Source: Nemertoderma westbladi (Eukaryota > Animalia > Xenacoelomorpha). From it: DNA of 64,000 bases. Under the pieces are notes generated by a model. It saw only the letters and a program-made list of their open reading frames with translations. It did not search any database and had not been told where the DNA came from. Below are positions 37,301 to 46,398 of this stretch, piece by piece. A program made the translations under genes and the position numbers. The stretch is taken from assembly GCA_032718475.1 (NCBI GenBank), contig JAUCBJ010002800.1:1-64000 (forward strand). Direction: 5' to 3'. Every line of letters starts with the position of its first letter. Positions within the stretch are counted from its first letter, which is position 1.

Positions 37301-39395
37301 GGAGTAATTAAAGTTATATTAGCTACTCCGTAATTAAAGTTATATTGGTTACCCAAGGAGTAATTAAAGTTATATTGGCTACCCATGGAGTAATTAAAGT
37401 TATATTGGCTACCTATGGAGTAATTAAAGTTATATTGGTTACCCATGGAGTAATTAAAGTTATTGGTTACCCATGGAGTAATTAAAGTTATATTGGCTAC
37501 CCATGGAGTAATTAAAGTTATATTAGCTACTCCGTAATTAAAGTTATATTGGTTACCCAAGGAGTAATTAAAGTTATATTGGCTACCCATGGAGTAATTA
37601 AAGTTATATTGGCTACCTATGGAGTAATTAAAGTTATATTGGTTACCCATGGAGTAATTAAAGTTATTGGTTACCCATGGAGTAATTAAAGTTATATTGG
37701 CTACCCATGGAGTAATTAAAGTTATATTGGCTACCCAAGGAGTAATTAAAGTTATTGGTTACCCATGGAGTAATTAAAGTTATATTGGCTACCCATGGAG
37801 TAATTAAAGTTATATTGGCTACCCATGGAGTAATTAAAGTTATATTGGCTACCTATGGAGTAATTAAAGTTATATTGGCTACCCAAGGAGTAATTAAAGT
37901 TATATTGGCTACCCATGGAGTAATTAAAGTTATATTGGCTACCCATGGAGTAATTAAAGTTATATTGGCTACCCATGGAGTAATTAAAGTTATATTGGCT
38001 ACCTATGGAGTAATTAAAGTTATATTGGCTACCCAAGGAGTAATTAAAGTTATTGGCTACCCATGGAGTAATTAAAGTTATATTGGCTACCCATGGAGTA
38101 ATTAAAGTTATATTGGCTACCCATGGAGTAATTAAAGTTATATTGGCTACCTATGGAGTAATTAAAGTTATATTGGCTACCCAAGGAGTAATTAAAGTTA
38201 TTGGCTACCCATGGAGTAATTAAAGTTATATTGGCTACCCATGGAGTAATTAAAGTTATATTGGCTACCCATGGAGTAATTAAAGTTATATTGGCTACCC
38301 ATGGAGTAATTAAAGTTATATTAGCTACTCCGTAATTAAAGTTATATTGGTTACCCAAGGAGTAATTAAAGTTATATTGGCTACCCATGGAGTAATTAAA
38401 GTTATATTGGCTACCTATGGAGTAATTAAAGTTATATTGGTTACCCATGGAGTAATTAAAGTTATATTGGCTGCCCATGGAGTAATTAAAGTTATATTGG
38501 CTACCCATGGAGTAATTAAAGTTATTGGTTACCCATGGAGTAATTAAAGTTATATTGGTTACCCATGGAGTAATTAAAGTTATATTGGCTACCCATGGAG
38601 TAATTAAAGTTATTGGTTACCCATGGAGTAATTAAAGTTATTGGTTACCCATGGAGTAATTAAAGTTATTGGCTACCCATGGAGTAATTAAAGTTATTGG
38701 CTGCCCATGAAGTAATTAAAGTTATATTGGCTACCTATGGAGTAATTAAAGTTATATTGGCTACCCAAGGAGTAATTAAAGTTATTGGCTACCCATGGAG
38801 TAATTAAAGTTATATTGGCTACCCATGGAGTAATTAAAGTTATATTGGCTACCCATGGAGTAATTAAAGTTATATTGGCTACCCATGGAGTAATTAAAGT
38901 TATATTAGCTACTCCGTAATTAAAGTTATATTGGTTACCCAAGGAGTAATTAAAGTTATATTGGCTACCCATGGAGTAATTAAAGTTATATTGGCTACCT
39001 ATGGAGTAATTAAAGTTATATTGGTTACCCATGGAGTAATTAAAGTTATATTGGCTGCCCATGGAGTAATTAAAGTTATATTGGCTACCCATGGAGTAAT
39101 TAAAGTTATTGGTTACCCATGGAGTAATTAAAGTTATATTGGTTACCCATGGAGTAATTAAAGTTATATTGGCTACCCATGGAGTAATTAAAGTTATTGG
39201 TTACGCATGGAGTAATTAAAGTTATTGGTTACCCATGGAGTAATTAAAGTTATTGGCTACCCATGGAGTAATTAAAGTTATTGGCTGCCCATGAAGTAAT
39301 TAAAGTTATATTGGCTACCCATGGAGTAATTAAAGTTATTGGTTACCCATGGAGTAATTAAAGTTATATTAGCTACTCCGTAATTAAAGTTATAT
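13347..39395. repeat. 30-bp satellite array, left block
   Basis: Unit GGAGTAATTAAAGTTATATTGGCTACCCAT. 28-bp variants (AT loss) and substitution variants GCGGAAC, GCTGCAC, CCAAGG and CTAGCC; kb-scale higher-order duplications. Confidence 0.99.
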
Positions 39396-39945
39396 TGTTA
39401 GCTTATCCAATTCCGCTAACACAAACCCATAGAGTGAGCCATAAAGCAATATTGGGAGCACGAGGTTGATTACCAATCAACCTCGTGTCAGCCCAGTAAA
39501 CGGGGACAATAGGCCCCAAAGGAGACACACACAATAAGGGTCAGGGGTTACTCCCCTGACAAGAGAGAGAACAGCAAGGGCGAAGGGAAGCACTTCAGAG
39601 GGGGGCAAAGGGTGCCAACAGGGGTATCAACCAATCAGAGGGGGGAAAGGCATCGATTGAGTAGCAATAAGGCCACCGTGCAATATAACCAGTTACCAGT
39701 AATCATACCGGTCAGTTATTCAGTTTACTCAGTCAGATCAGTAGGGTGGAACGGGGACTTCTGTCACCGTCCGCTACCGCCATTATATATTACCTATTGT
39801 GTCATACTATATTATATCAACTGTCGGACTATTATACCTTTATACATATTACCCAACATCAGAACTCTTTTACCTTTCACACACGGCGGGGACGCGTGGG
39901 CAGAAAACCCAAACGGATAAACCGGGATCCGTAGATCCCGTCACA
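39396..39945 (+). repeat. 5' LTR (550 bp)
   Basis: TGTTAGC...CCGTCACA. No differences from the 3' LTR found by eye, and the ORF-track translations from the two copies are identical. Confidence 0.97.
39631..39717 (+). promoter_or_regulatory. Putative LTR Pol II promoter: CCAAT box, TATA-like box, initiator
   Basis: CCAATCAG at 39631, TATAA at 39684, and TCAGTT (Inr consensus) at 39712, about 30 bp downstream of the TATA, followed by further TCAGT copies. Confidence 0.55.
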
Positions 39946-40004
39946 GTGACAGAACTAGATCCGCCCAGCTGCCCTGACAGTGATAGACTGACACCAAAGG
40001 CGAG

Positions 40005-41264
40005 ATGAGCCGAGAGAAAGGAACGACACCGCCGCGGACCCCGGACGACGATCTAACGATCCGCGAGGCCACGGCGAGACGATACGAACCCACGACGCCG
40101 GTCGATGCTACGCCGACCACGTCGACGCACGTTGACGCCACGTCGATAACGAGCAACACGGCGAACCAAGGTGTGGGGGGTCGTCTACCAGGAGAGAGCG
40201 AGTCGAGTAGAGGAGACGAGTCGGGAGGAGAAGAGAAAGACGAGTCGACGCGGAGCGAGGGTCGACGAACCGATGTCGCCGGTCCGCCACAGGCCGAGGA
40301 CGACAAACGGTCCACCGGAACGGCGACGGTGGGGCCGTCGGTACGACGTCGGACCCGGAGAGACAGAGGAGAGGTCGGCGACGAGGACGTCGGGGTTTCT
40401 GATCGACTTCGACGGGCCTACCTCGCGACCAGGGAGCAACTGAGAGAGGCCAAAGGAGGGGCGAAGATAGACGAGGTGAGACTGAGGAGACGACTAGGTG
40501 AGTCGAACAGATACTTTGATCACCTAGTGCGTTCTGGGCAGGGAGAACTGGCCAGGGAGCGAGCGAGAGGGGTTGCCTTCGAACTGTTTAAACTATGGGA
40601 ACGTAGGGGTATGGGGCCTGGTGTAGTGTACATAGGGCCATACTTAGTCGATGCCAGGGAATTTAGGTTAGTGGGTTGGAAGAGACCTGGGGAGGGCGAA
40701 TCCGAGGTTAACTCCGAGGATTCGGTCTCGTCGGTCGGAGGAAGTTCCGGGAAGCGGGGGAAAGTTAGTAGGACGGAGGGGCGACGGGAGTCCGTCGCAA
40801 CCGATAAGTCTGTTACATCCTCCGCAAAAGAAAGAAGGGTGCGAGAGAGTGAACGCGTGGCGTATAAATTAGAAAAGGCGGCGGCAGAGCGGAAACAGTT
40901 AGAGGGGCAATTGAGAGAGCAAACCGCATTATTAGAGTTGGTAAGGGAGGATAGAGAGAGGGCCGAGGAGCGTAGAGAGCGGGAGCATATCGCGATAATA
41001 ACCGGGAGAATAGAGAGCGAGCCGGCGAGGCAGCCTGGGATGCTTGCGAGAGAGTCCCGAGAGTGCGGAGAGAGAGAGTTAAAGCAAAAGCGTGAGCGAT
41101 ATCTTTTGCTTGACCGACTGGCGCTGCTTGCGCAATATCGGGCCAAACTTAAACGGCGCCGACTAGAACTGGCGCGGTTGGAGATATCAGAGAGTGAGCC
41201 CCCACTTACAGGCACCGGGCGAGAGAGCCAGAACTGGTGTAGCCGTACGGGCGGGGGGGGGTAG
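40005..41264 (+). CDS. Retroelement ORF1: N-terminal part of a Gag-like protein (charged, predicted coiled coil)
   Basis: ATG lies 60 bp after the 5' LTR; 419 aa; E/R/K-rich helical stretch (KLEKAAAERKQLEGQLREQ...). Ends at GGG GGG GGG TAG in a G9 run. Confidence 0.7.
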   Translation: MSREKGTTPPRTPDDDLTIREATARRYEPTTPVDATPTTSTHVDATSITSNTANQGVGGRLPGESESSRGDESGGEEKDESTRSEGRRTDVAGPPQAEDDKRSTGTATVGPSVRRRTRRDRGEVGDEDVGVSDRLRRAYLATREQLREAKGGAKIDEVRLRRRLGESNRYFDHLVRSGQGELARERARGVAFELFKLWERRGMGPGVVYIGPYLVDAREFRLVGWKRPGEGESEVNSEDSVSSVGGSSGKRGKVSRTEGRRESVATDKSVTSSAKERRVRESERVAYKLEKAAAERKQLEGQLREQTALLELVREDRERAEERREREHIAIITGRIESEPARQPGMLARESRECGERELKQKRERYLLLDRLALLAQYRAKLKRRRLELARLEISESEPPLTGTGRESQNWCSRTGGGG

Positions 41265-43710
41265 TAGTAGTACGTTAGAGACAGTTAATATTAATAGTAC
41301 CGTAGTAGATAACCCTAATCCCTTTATTACAGGAAATAATATTTTACCGGGTAGTAGTAATTTAAATTTAAATACAAATATTCTAAATAATAATTTCAAT
41401 TCAAACCCGCAAAATAATTCGAATAATAATTTAAGTTTAGAGAATAGTAGTGATCTAAGTAATTTAAATAATTTAAATAATAATTCCGTTTCAAATTCTA
41501 ATAATTTAATTGATTTAACAAATAATATTGGGAATGGTGCTATTAATATGAGCGTGTCGGACGTACATGACCCGGCAGACGGTGGCCTGGTAGGCCACGT
41601 AGTTAGTAGGCAGGAAGTGGCAGGGTTGAGCCAACCCGACGGCGGCCTGGTAGGCCACGTAGTTGGTAGGCAGGAGGTAGCGGGGTTGAGCCAACCCGAA
41701 GTAGGCCTGGTGGGCCACGCAGTAGTAGAGAGAGAGGCGGGGGTGAATAGACTCAGCCGTAGTAGAGACAGTGCGTCGACTAGAGAGGGGTGTAGAGACG
41801 AAGTGAGAGATAGTGAAGTTAGATGTGGCGGGTGGGGGGGGGCTACCGGCGCCCCACCACATAAGATTAGTGGCGAGAGAGGGGGGGCAGAGAATGCCCC
41901 ACAAGAGGGGTATAGAAGTGTAGTAAGAAATAGTGAAGTTAGAAGTGGCGGGTGGGGGGGGGCTACGGGCACCCCACCGCGAGAAGTTAGTAGAGAGAGA
42001 GGGGGGGCAGAGAGTGTCCCACAGCCGTCAGCGGATAATGCGCGGGCCGAATCAGGTAAACCGCAACACCCGGCGACGGAGAGTAATAGGGGGATTGCGA
42101 GTATCCCCAGCGGCGTGCGATCGAGTAGAGAGAGGCAGGTTGACGTCGCGAGAGGGCAGGCAAAGCGTCGAGCCCAATCAGAAGAGAGAGGGAGAATAGT
42201 GGAGTTTAACCGGGAGGTCGACGAGAGATCTCACGAGCCGGAATACTACACAGAAAAGAGAAGAAGAGAAGATAGTAGAAGAAGTGTCGCCACGAACGAT
42301 AGCAGTGCGAGGACGGATAACGGACCGTCGACAGTAGAGATGGAGTCAGGGAGCCAGTGGGGTCGAACTTCGGGAGATTGCCGTCGCCCCGGAGAAACGC
42401 ACCGCACGCCAAGAGAGGGGTACAGGAGGTACCAATACGAAGACGAGAGCAGGATAGGGGATCGAAGGGAAACTTCCCGACGTGATATAGCTGCCGATCG
42501 AGAGTGCAGTAGTCGCGGGGAGATTCGAGATTCGCGAAGAATAAACTTCGGTTCGGAAGGGGACATGCAGACTGAAGGACATACTGTAGGCCTTACTGCA
42601 CATACTATTATAGGCCATGCTGGGAGAGATAGAGTAGGCGATGGGGTAGCGCGAACGACGGGATTAAACCCGGAAGTCGCGGAGTACATACCGGTAGGTA
42701 GGCGAGAGGTAGGTAGGCCTATATCGGTACAGCAGCATGACTATAATACACAGGGACATAACATATATCCAGGGGAGGGGGGAGTTATTGGAGATAGACG
42801 TATGGGCCCCAATGTATTAACATCAACCCCAGTACCAAACATACCGGCTGGGGGGGGACAGGCTGACATTCCCCCATCACAATATCGACAATATACCCCA
42901 ATAGGAGCGAGAATATCGAACTCCCTGGACGAGAACAGGTCGTGCGGACAGTCACCACCACACGCGGCCGTACAGGGGACTGCTAGTCCACAGCTAGTTG
43001 GTAGCAGGGCCACACCGTGGCAGGGACAGAAAGAAAATAACACCGTAAATAAAAACAATCCCAATATACCCAGTAGGCCGAGTCTAGACAACCAAAACAT
43101 TAAATCGGTACATATAAACCTAAGCGCGATACGTGAAGGACTATACAGGAAACGCTATAATCCAGGATTCCAATGTCAATTACATCGGGACGGAACCCAT
43201 AAGACAAGGAGTTGCAAGTACTGGCAAGCGTTGCCCAAACGAGATCGTGTAGCCTACACAGACGCAAACGGACTATGTCATCGATGTGTGGTAAAAGGAC
43301 ACAGATCCGGAGAGTGTTGGAAAGGGAGAGGATATGAAAGGACTAAACCAGGGGTAGAGAAGTCCATGAGCAAAGGAGTCGGGAAAGCAGAAGGAGGCGT
43401 GTTGCATATACACGCACGACGGACACAGTGCGAGGGGGCATTGCACGGGCAGACACCGTGTGTACCGAGGGACGAGCGGGGGTCGTCGAGGGCCTTAATG
43501 CCAGCGCACATACGAAGGGGGAGGCCAGCAAAGGTAGCACCGAAGAGAGTGTGGCGAAGAGTTAGAGGACGTATAGGAGGGCAGCAGGAGAGTGCCTACT
43601 GGAAGAAGGGGCACGTGAGAGTTTTTAGTCGTCCAAAGTTTTGGACTGAGGGGGGTGGGAATGAGGGCGAGACGCCCTTCCCACGCACAAAATATAAAAT
43701 AATTATTTAA
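41194..43710 (+). CDS. gag: Retroelement ORF2: C-terminal part of Gag with BEL/Pao-type zinc knuckles
   Basis: CQLHRDGTHKTRSC then YWQALPKRDRVAYTDANGL then CHRCVVKGHRSGEC (CX2CX4HX4C). Knuckle spacing and the ...R......LC linker are typical of BEL/Pao Gag. Lies in the +1 frame to ORF1; the listed GTG start is probably not real. Confidence 0.75.
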   Translation: MSPHLQAPGERARTGVAVRAGGGSSSTLETVNINSTVVDNPNPFITGNNILPGSSNLNLNTNILNNNFNSNPQNNSNNNLSLENSSDLSNLNNLNNNSVSNSNNLIDLTNNIGNGAINMSVSDVHDPADGGLVGHVVSRQEVAGLSQPDGGLVGHVVGRQEVAGLSQPEVGLVGHAVVEREAGVNRLSRSRDSASTREGCRDEVRDSEVRCGGWGGATGAPPHKISGERGGAENAPQEGYRSVVRNSEVRSGGWGGATGTPPREVSRERGGAESVPQPSADNARAESGKPQHPATESNRGIASIPSGVRSSRERQVDVARGQAKRRAQSEERGRIVEFNREVDERSHEPEYYTEKRRREDSRRSVATNDSSARTDNGPSTVEMESGSQWGRTSGDCRRPGETHRTPREGYRRYQYEDESRIGDRRETSRRDIAADRECSSRGEIRDSRRINFGSEGDMQTEGHTVGLTAHTIIGHAGRDRVGDGVARTTGLNPEVAEYIPVGRREVGRPISVQQHDYNTQGHNIYPGEGGVIGDRRMGPNVLTSTPVPNIPAGGGQADIPPSQYRQYTPIGARISNSLDENRSCGQSPPHAAVQGTASPQLVGSRATPWQGQKENNTVNKNNPNIPSRPSLDNQNIKSVHINLSAIREGLYRKRYNPGFQCQLHRDGTHKTRSCKYWQALPKRDRVAYTDANGLCHRCVVKGHRSGECWKGRGYERTKPGVEKSMSKGVGKAEGGVLHIHARRTQCEGALHGQTPCVPRDERGSSRALMPAHIRRGRPAKVAPKRVWRRVRGRIGGQQESAYWKKGHVRVFSRPKFWTEGGGNEGETPFPRTKYKIII

Positions 43711-43729
43711 TTAAAAATAATTAAATAAT

Positions 43730-45480
43730 AGAGTAGGTAGAAGTTAGGTAGTTAGTTAGTTAGTTAGTTAAAGGGTGGTACGTAGTACCGCTAGTTAGAG
43801 TTAGAGTTAGTAGGTACGTAGTACCTAGAGTTAGTTAGAGTTAGTAGGTACGTAGTACCTAATCAGAGTTAGAGTTAGTAGGTACGTAGTACCTAGAGTT
43901 AGTTAGAGTTAGTAGGTACGTAGTACCTAGAGTTAGTTAGAGTTAGTAGGTACGTAGTACCTAGAGTTAGAGAGTTAATAGGTACGTGGCACCTAGTTAG
44001 AGTTAGAGCTAGAGGGTACGTAGTACCGCTAGTTAAAGTTAGAGTTAGAGGGTACGTAAGTACCGCTAGTTAGTAGAGTTAGGGGGTACGTAAGTACCGC
44101 TAGGTAGTTAGAGTTAGAGGGTACGTAAGTACAGCTAGTTAGAGTAAGAGTTAGAGGGTACGTAGTACCGATTAGAGAGTAAGAGTTAGAGGGTACGTAG
44201 TACCGTTAGTTAGTGGAGTTAGAGTAAGAGTTGGAGGGTACGCAGTACCGTTAGAGAGTAGGAGTTAAGGGGTACGTAGTACCGTTAGAGAGTTAATAAG
44301 AGTAAGAGGGTACGTAGTACTGCTAGCTAGTGGAGAGAGCTAGAGTAGTAAGAGGGTACGTTGTACCGCTAGCTAGTAGAGAGAGCTAGAGTAGTAAGAG
44401 GGTACGTTGTACCGCTAGCTAGTATTAGGAGTGTTAGTAGTAGCAGTAGAAGGGTTGTGGGCACCGGAAGCGCCACGTAGTTAGAGTTAGTAGGGAATGC
44501 GCTGAACTTAGTGGGGCACGGGCGTGATGAGATGTTTGATGTAAGAGCAGGGTATGTTAATTAGAGTTAGTGGGAGTTAGAGGTTAGTAAGAGGGTACGT
44601 AGTACCGGTTGTGGTTGTGGGCACCGTTAGCGCCACGTAGATAGAGGTAGAGTTAGTAAGAGGGTACGTAGTAGTACCGGTTGTGGTTGTGGGCACCGTT
44701 AGCGCCACGTAGAGAGTTAGTAGAGTTAGAAGGTGCCGTGCACAAGAGGTGCCGGGCACAAAAAGAGTTAGTAGAGTTAGAAGAGAGTTAGTAGAGTTAG
44801 TAGAGTCAGTAGTAGTTCACATAATTAACGTACCCACTCTGCCGGCACTCAGAGCGTCACGTGTAGGCGATGAGACGTAAAGGGGATGTAGAAGAGTAGA
44901 GACGGGCACATAGGGTGCCAGGTAGTAAGTTAGAGAGGTAGTAGTGTAGTAGAGAGGGCACATAGGGTGCCAGGTAGTAGAGTAACAGAGAGGGCACATA
45001 GGGTGCCAGGTAGTAAAGTTAGAGATAGAGTAGAATAGTAGAGACGGGCACATAGGGTGCCAGGTAGTAAAGTTAGAGATAAAGTAGAGTAGAAGAGAGG
45101 GCACATAGGGTGCCAGATAGTAGAGTGGTTGTGGGCACCGCAAGCGCCACGTAGTTAGAAGAGTGGAGTAGAGTTAGTAGAGCTAGTTAGTAGAGTTAGC
45201 AGAGCTAGTGGAGTAGAGTTAGCAGAGCTAGTGGAGTAGAGTTAGTAGAGCTAGTTAGCAGAGCTGGTAGACTCAGAGGAGTCAAGTAGAGTTAGTAGAA
45301 GTAGAGAGCTAGTAGGAGTTAGTTAGACTTAGTAGAGAGTTAGAGTCAGTAGAAAGTTAGAGGCTCTCAGTTAGAGCTAGAAGTAGTAAGAGTTAGTAGT
45401 TAGCAGAGTTAGTTAGATAGTTAGAGTTAGTAAGCAGTAGGTAGATAGTATGATAGCACAGGGGTAGCATTAGAGATTAA
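43730..45480 (+). repeat. Purine-rich internal repeat region of the LTR element, with hairpin modules
   Basis: C-poor AGTTAG/AGTAG spacers separate about 20 GGTAC-loop-GTACC units (43777-44680) and five GGCAC-ATAGG-GTGCC units (44905-45115). Confidence 0.9.
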
Positions 45481-45839
45481 AGCCTTAGGGAGTGACAAGG
45501 AGGGATGGAGTAATAGTGCGGAGTGCGAAGAGAGCGTGGGCGCAATTCAAGTGTGGGGGAGGAGAAGTGAGAGGAAGAGTGTGGGACGAGGAGGTCCGGA
45601 AGTATACGAGAGTTGGAGTAGAGTGGTGAGAGTGTTGGGGAAACAAAAATTGTGTGAGAGAAGCGCACGATCGGCCCGACACGAGACGCCAGAGGGTAGT
45701 GACATCATACCCATAGGGAGCGGCCTGGAAAGCCGACTCCGAAAAAATATACCCACTCCACACCCGATAATAGATCGGGATCCAGCGGAATTGTAGCGCA
45801 CTTGAGTTGGATGCTATCTTCTTACCGGGAAGATAGCAT

Positions 45840-45848
45840 GGGGGGGAG
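45840..45848 (+). other. Polypurine tract (plus-strand primer)
   Basis: GGGGGGGAG abuts the TG of the 3' LTR. Confidence 0.88.
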
Positions 45849-46398
45849 TGTTAGCTTATCCAATTCCGCTAACACAAACCCATAGAGTGAGCCATAAAGC
45901 AATATTGGGAGCACGAGGTTGATTACCAATCAACCTCGTGTCAGCCCAGTAAACGGGGACAATAGGCCCCAAAGGAGACACACACAATAAGGGTCAGGGG
46001 TTACTCCCCTGACAAGAGAGAGAACAGCAAGGGCGAAGGGAAGCACTTCAGAGGGGGGCAAAGGGTGCCAACAGGGGTATCAACCAATCAGAGGGGGGAA
46101 AGGCATCGATTGAGTAGCAATAAGGCCACCGTGCAATATAACCAGTTACCAGTAATCATACCGGTCAGTTATTCAGTTTACTCAGTCAGATCAGTAGGGT
46201 GGAACGGGGACTTCTGTCACCGTCCGCTACCGCCATTATATATTACCTATTGTGTCATACTATATTATATCAACTGTCGGACTATTATACCTTTATACAT
46301 ATTACCCAACATCAGAACTCTTTTACCTTTCACACACGGCGGGGACGCGTGGGCAGAAAACCCAAACGGATAAACCGGGATCCGTAGATCCCGTCACA
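45849..46398 (+). repeat. 3' LTR (550 bp)
   Basis: Direct repeat of 39396-39945, followed by the TATAT TSD and resumption of the satellite in register. Confidence 0.97.

Larger units (their letters stand above)
39396..46398 (+). mobile_element. Non-autonomous (gag-only) LTR retrotransposon, BEL/Pao-like, 7003 bp
   Basis: TG...CA LTRs of 550 bp each, 5-bp TSD TATAT (39391-39395 and 46399-46403), polypurine tract before the 3' LTR, Gag zinc knuckles. No protease, RT, RNase H or integrase ORF is visible. Confidence 0.93.

Noticed and set aside
39612-39934. Short ORFs in the LTR (duplicated at 46065-46387)
   Set aside because: They lie across promoter and U5 sequence, use non-ATG starts and have no recognisable domain; duplicated only because the LTR is.
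39941-43540. Minus-strand ORFs within the LTR element
   Set aside because: Antisense shadows of the purine-rich gag frames; no RT, integrase or env motifs seen.
43777-44680. CRISPR-like look of palindromic repeats with variable spacers
   Set aside because: Repeats are only about 13 bp, spacers are related low-complexity sequence, there are no cas genes, and the context is a eukaryotic LTR element.
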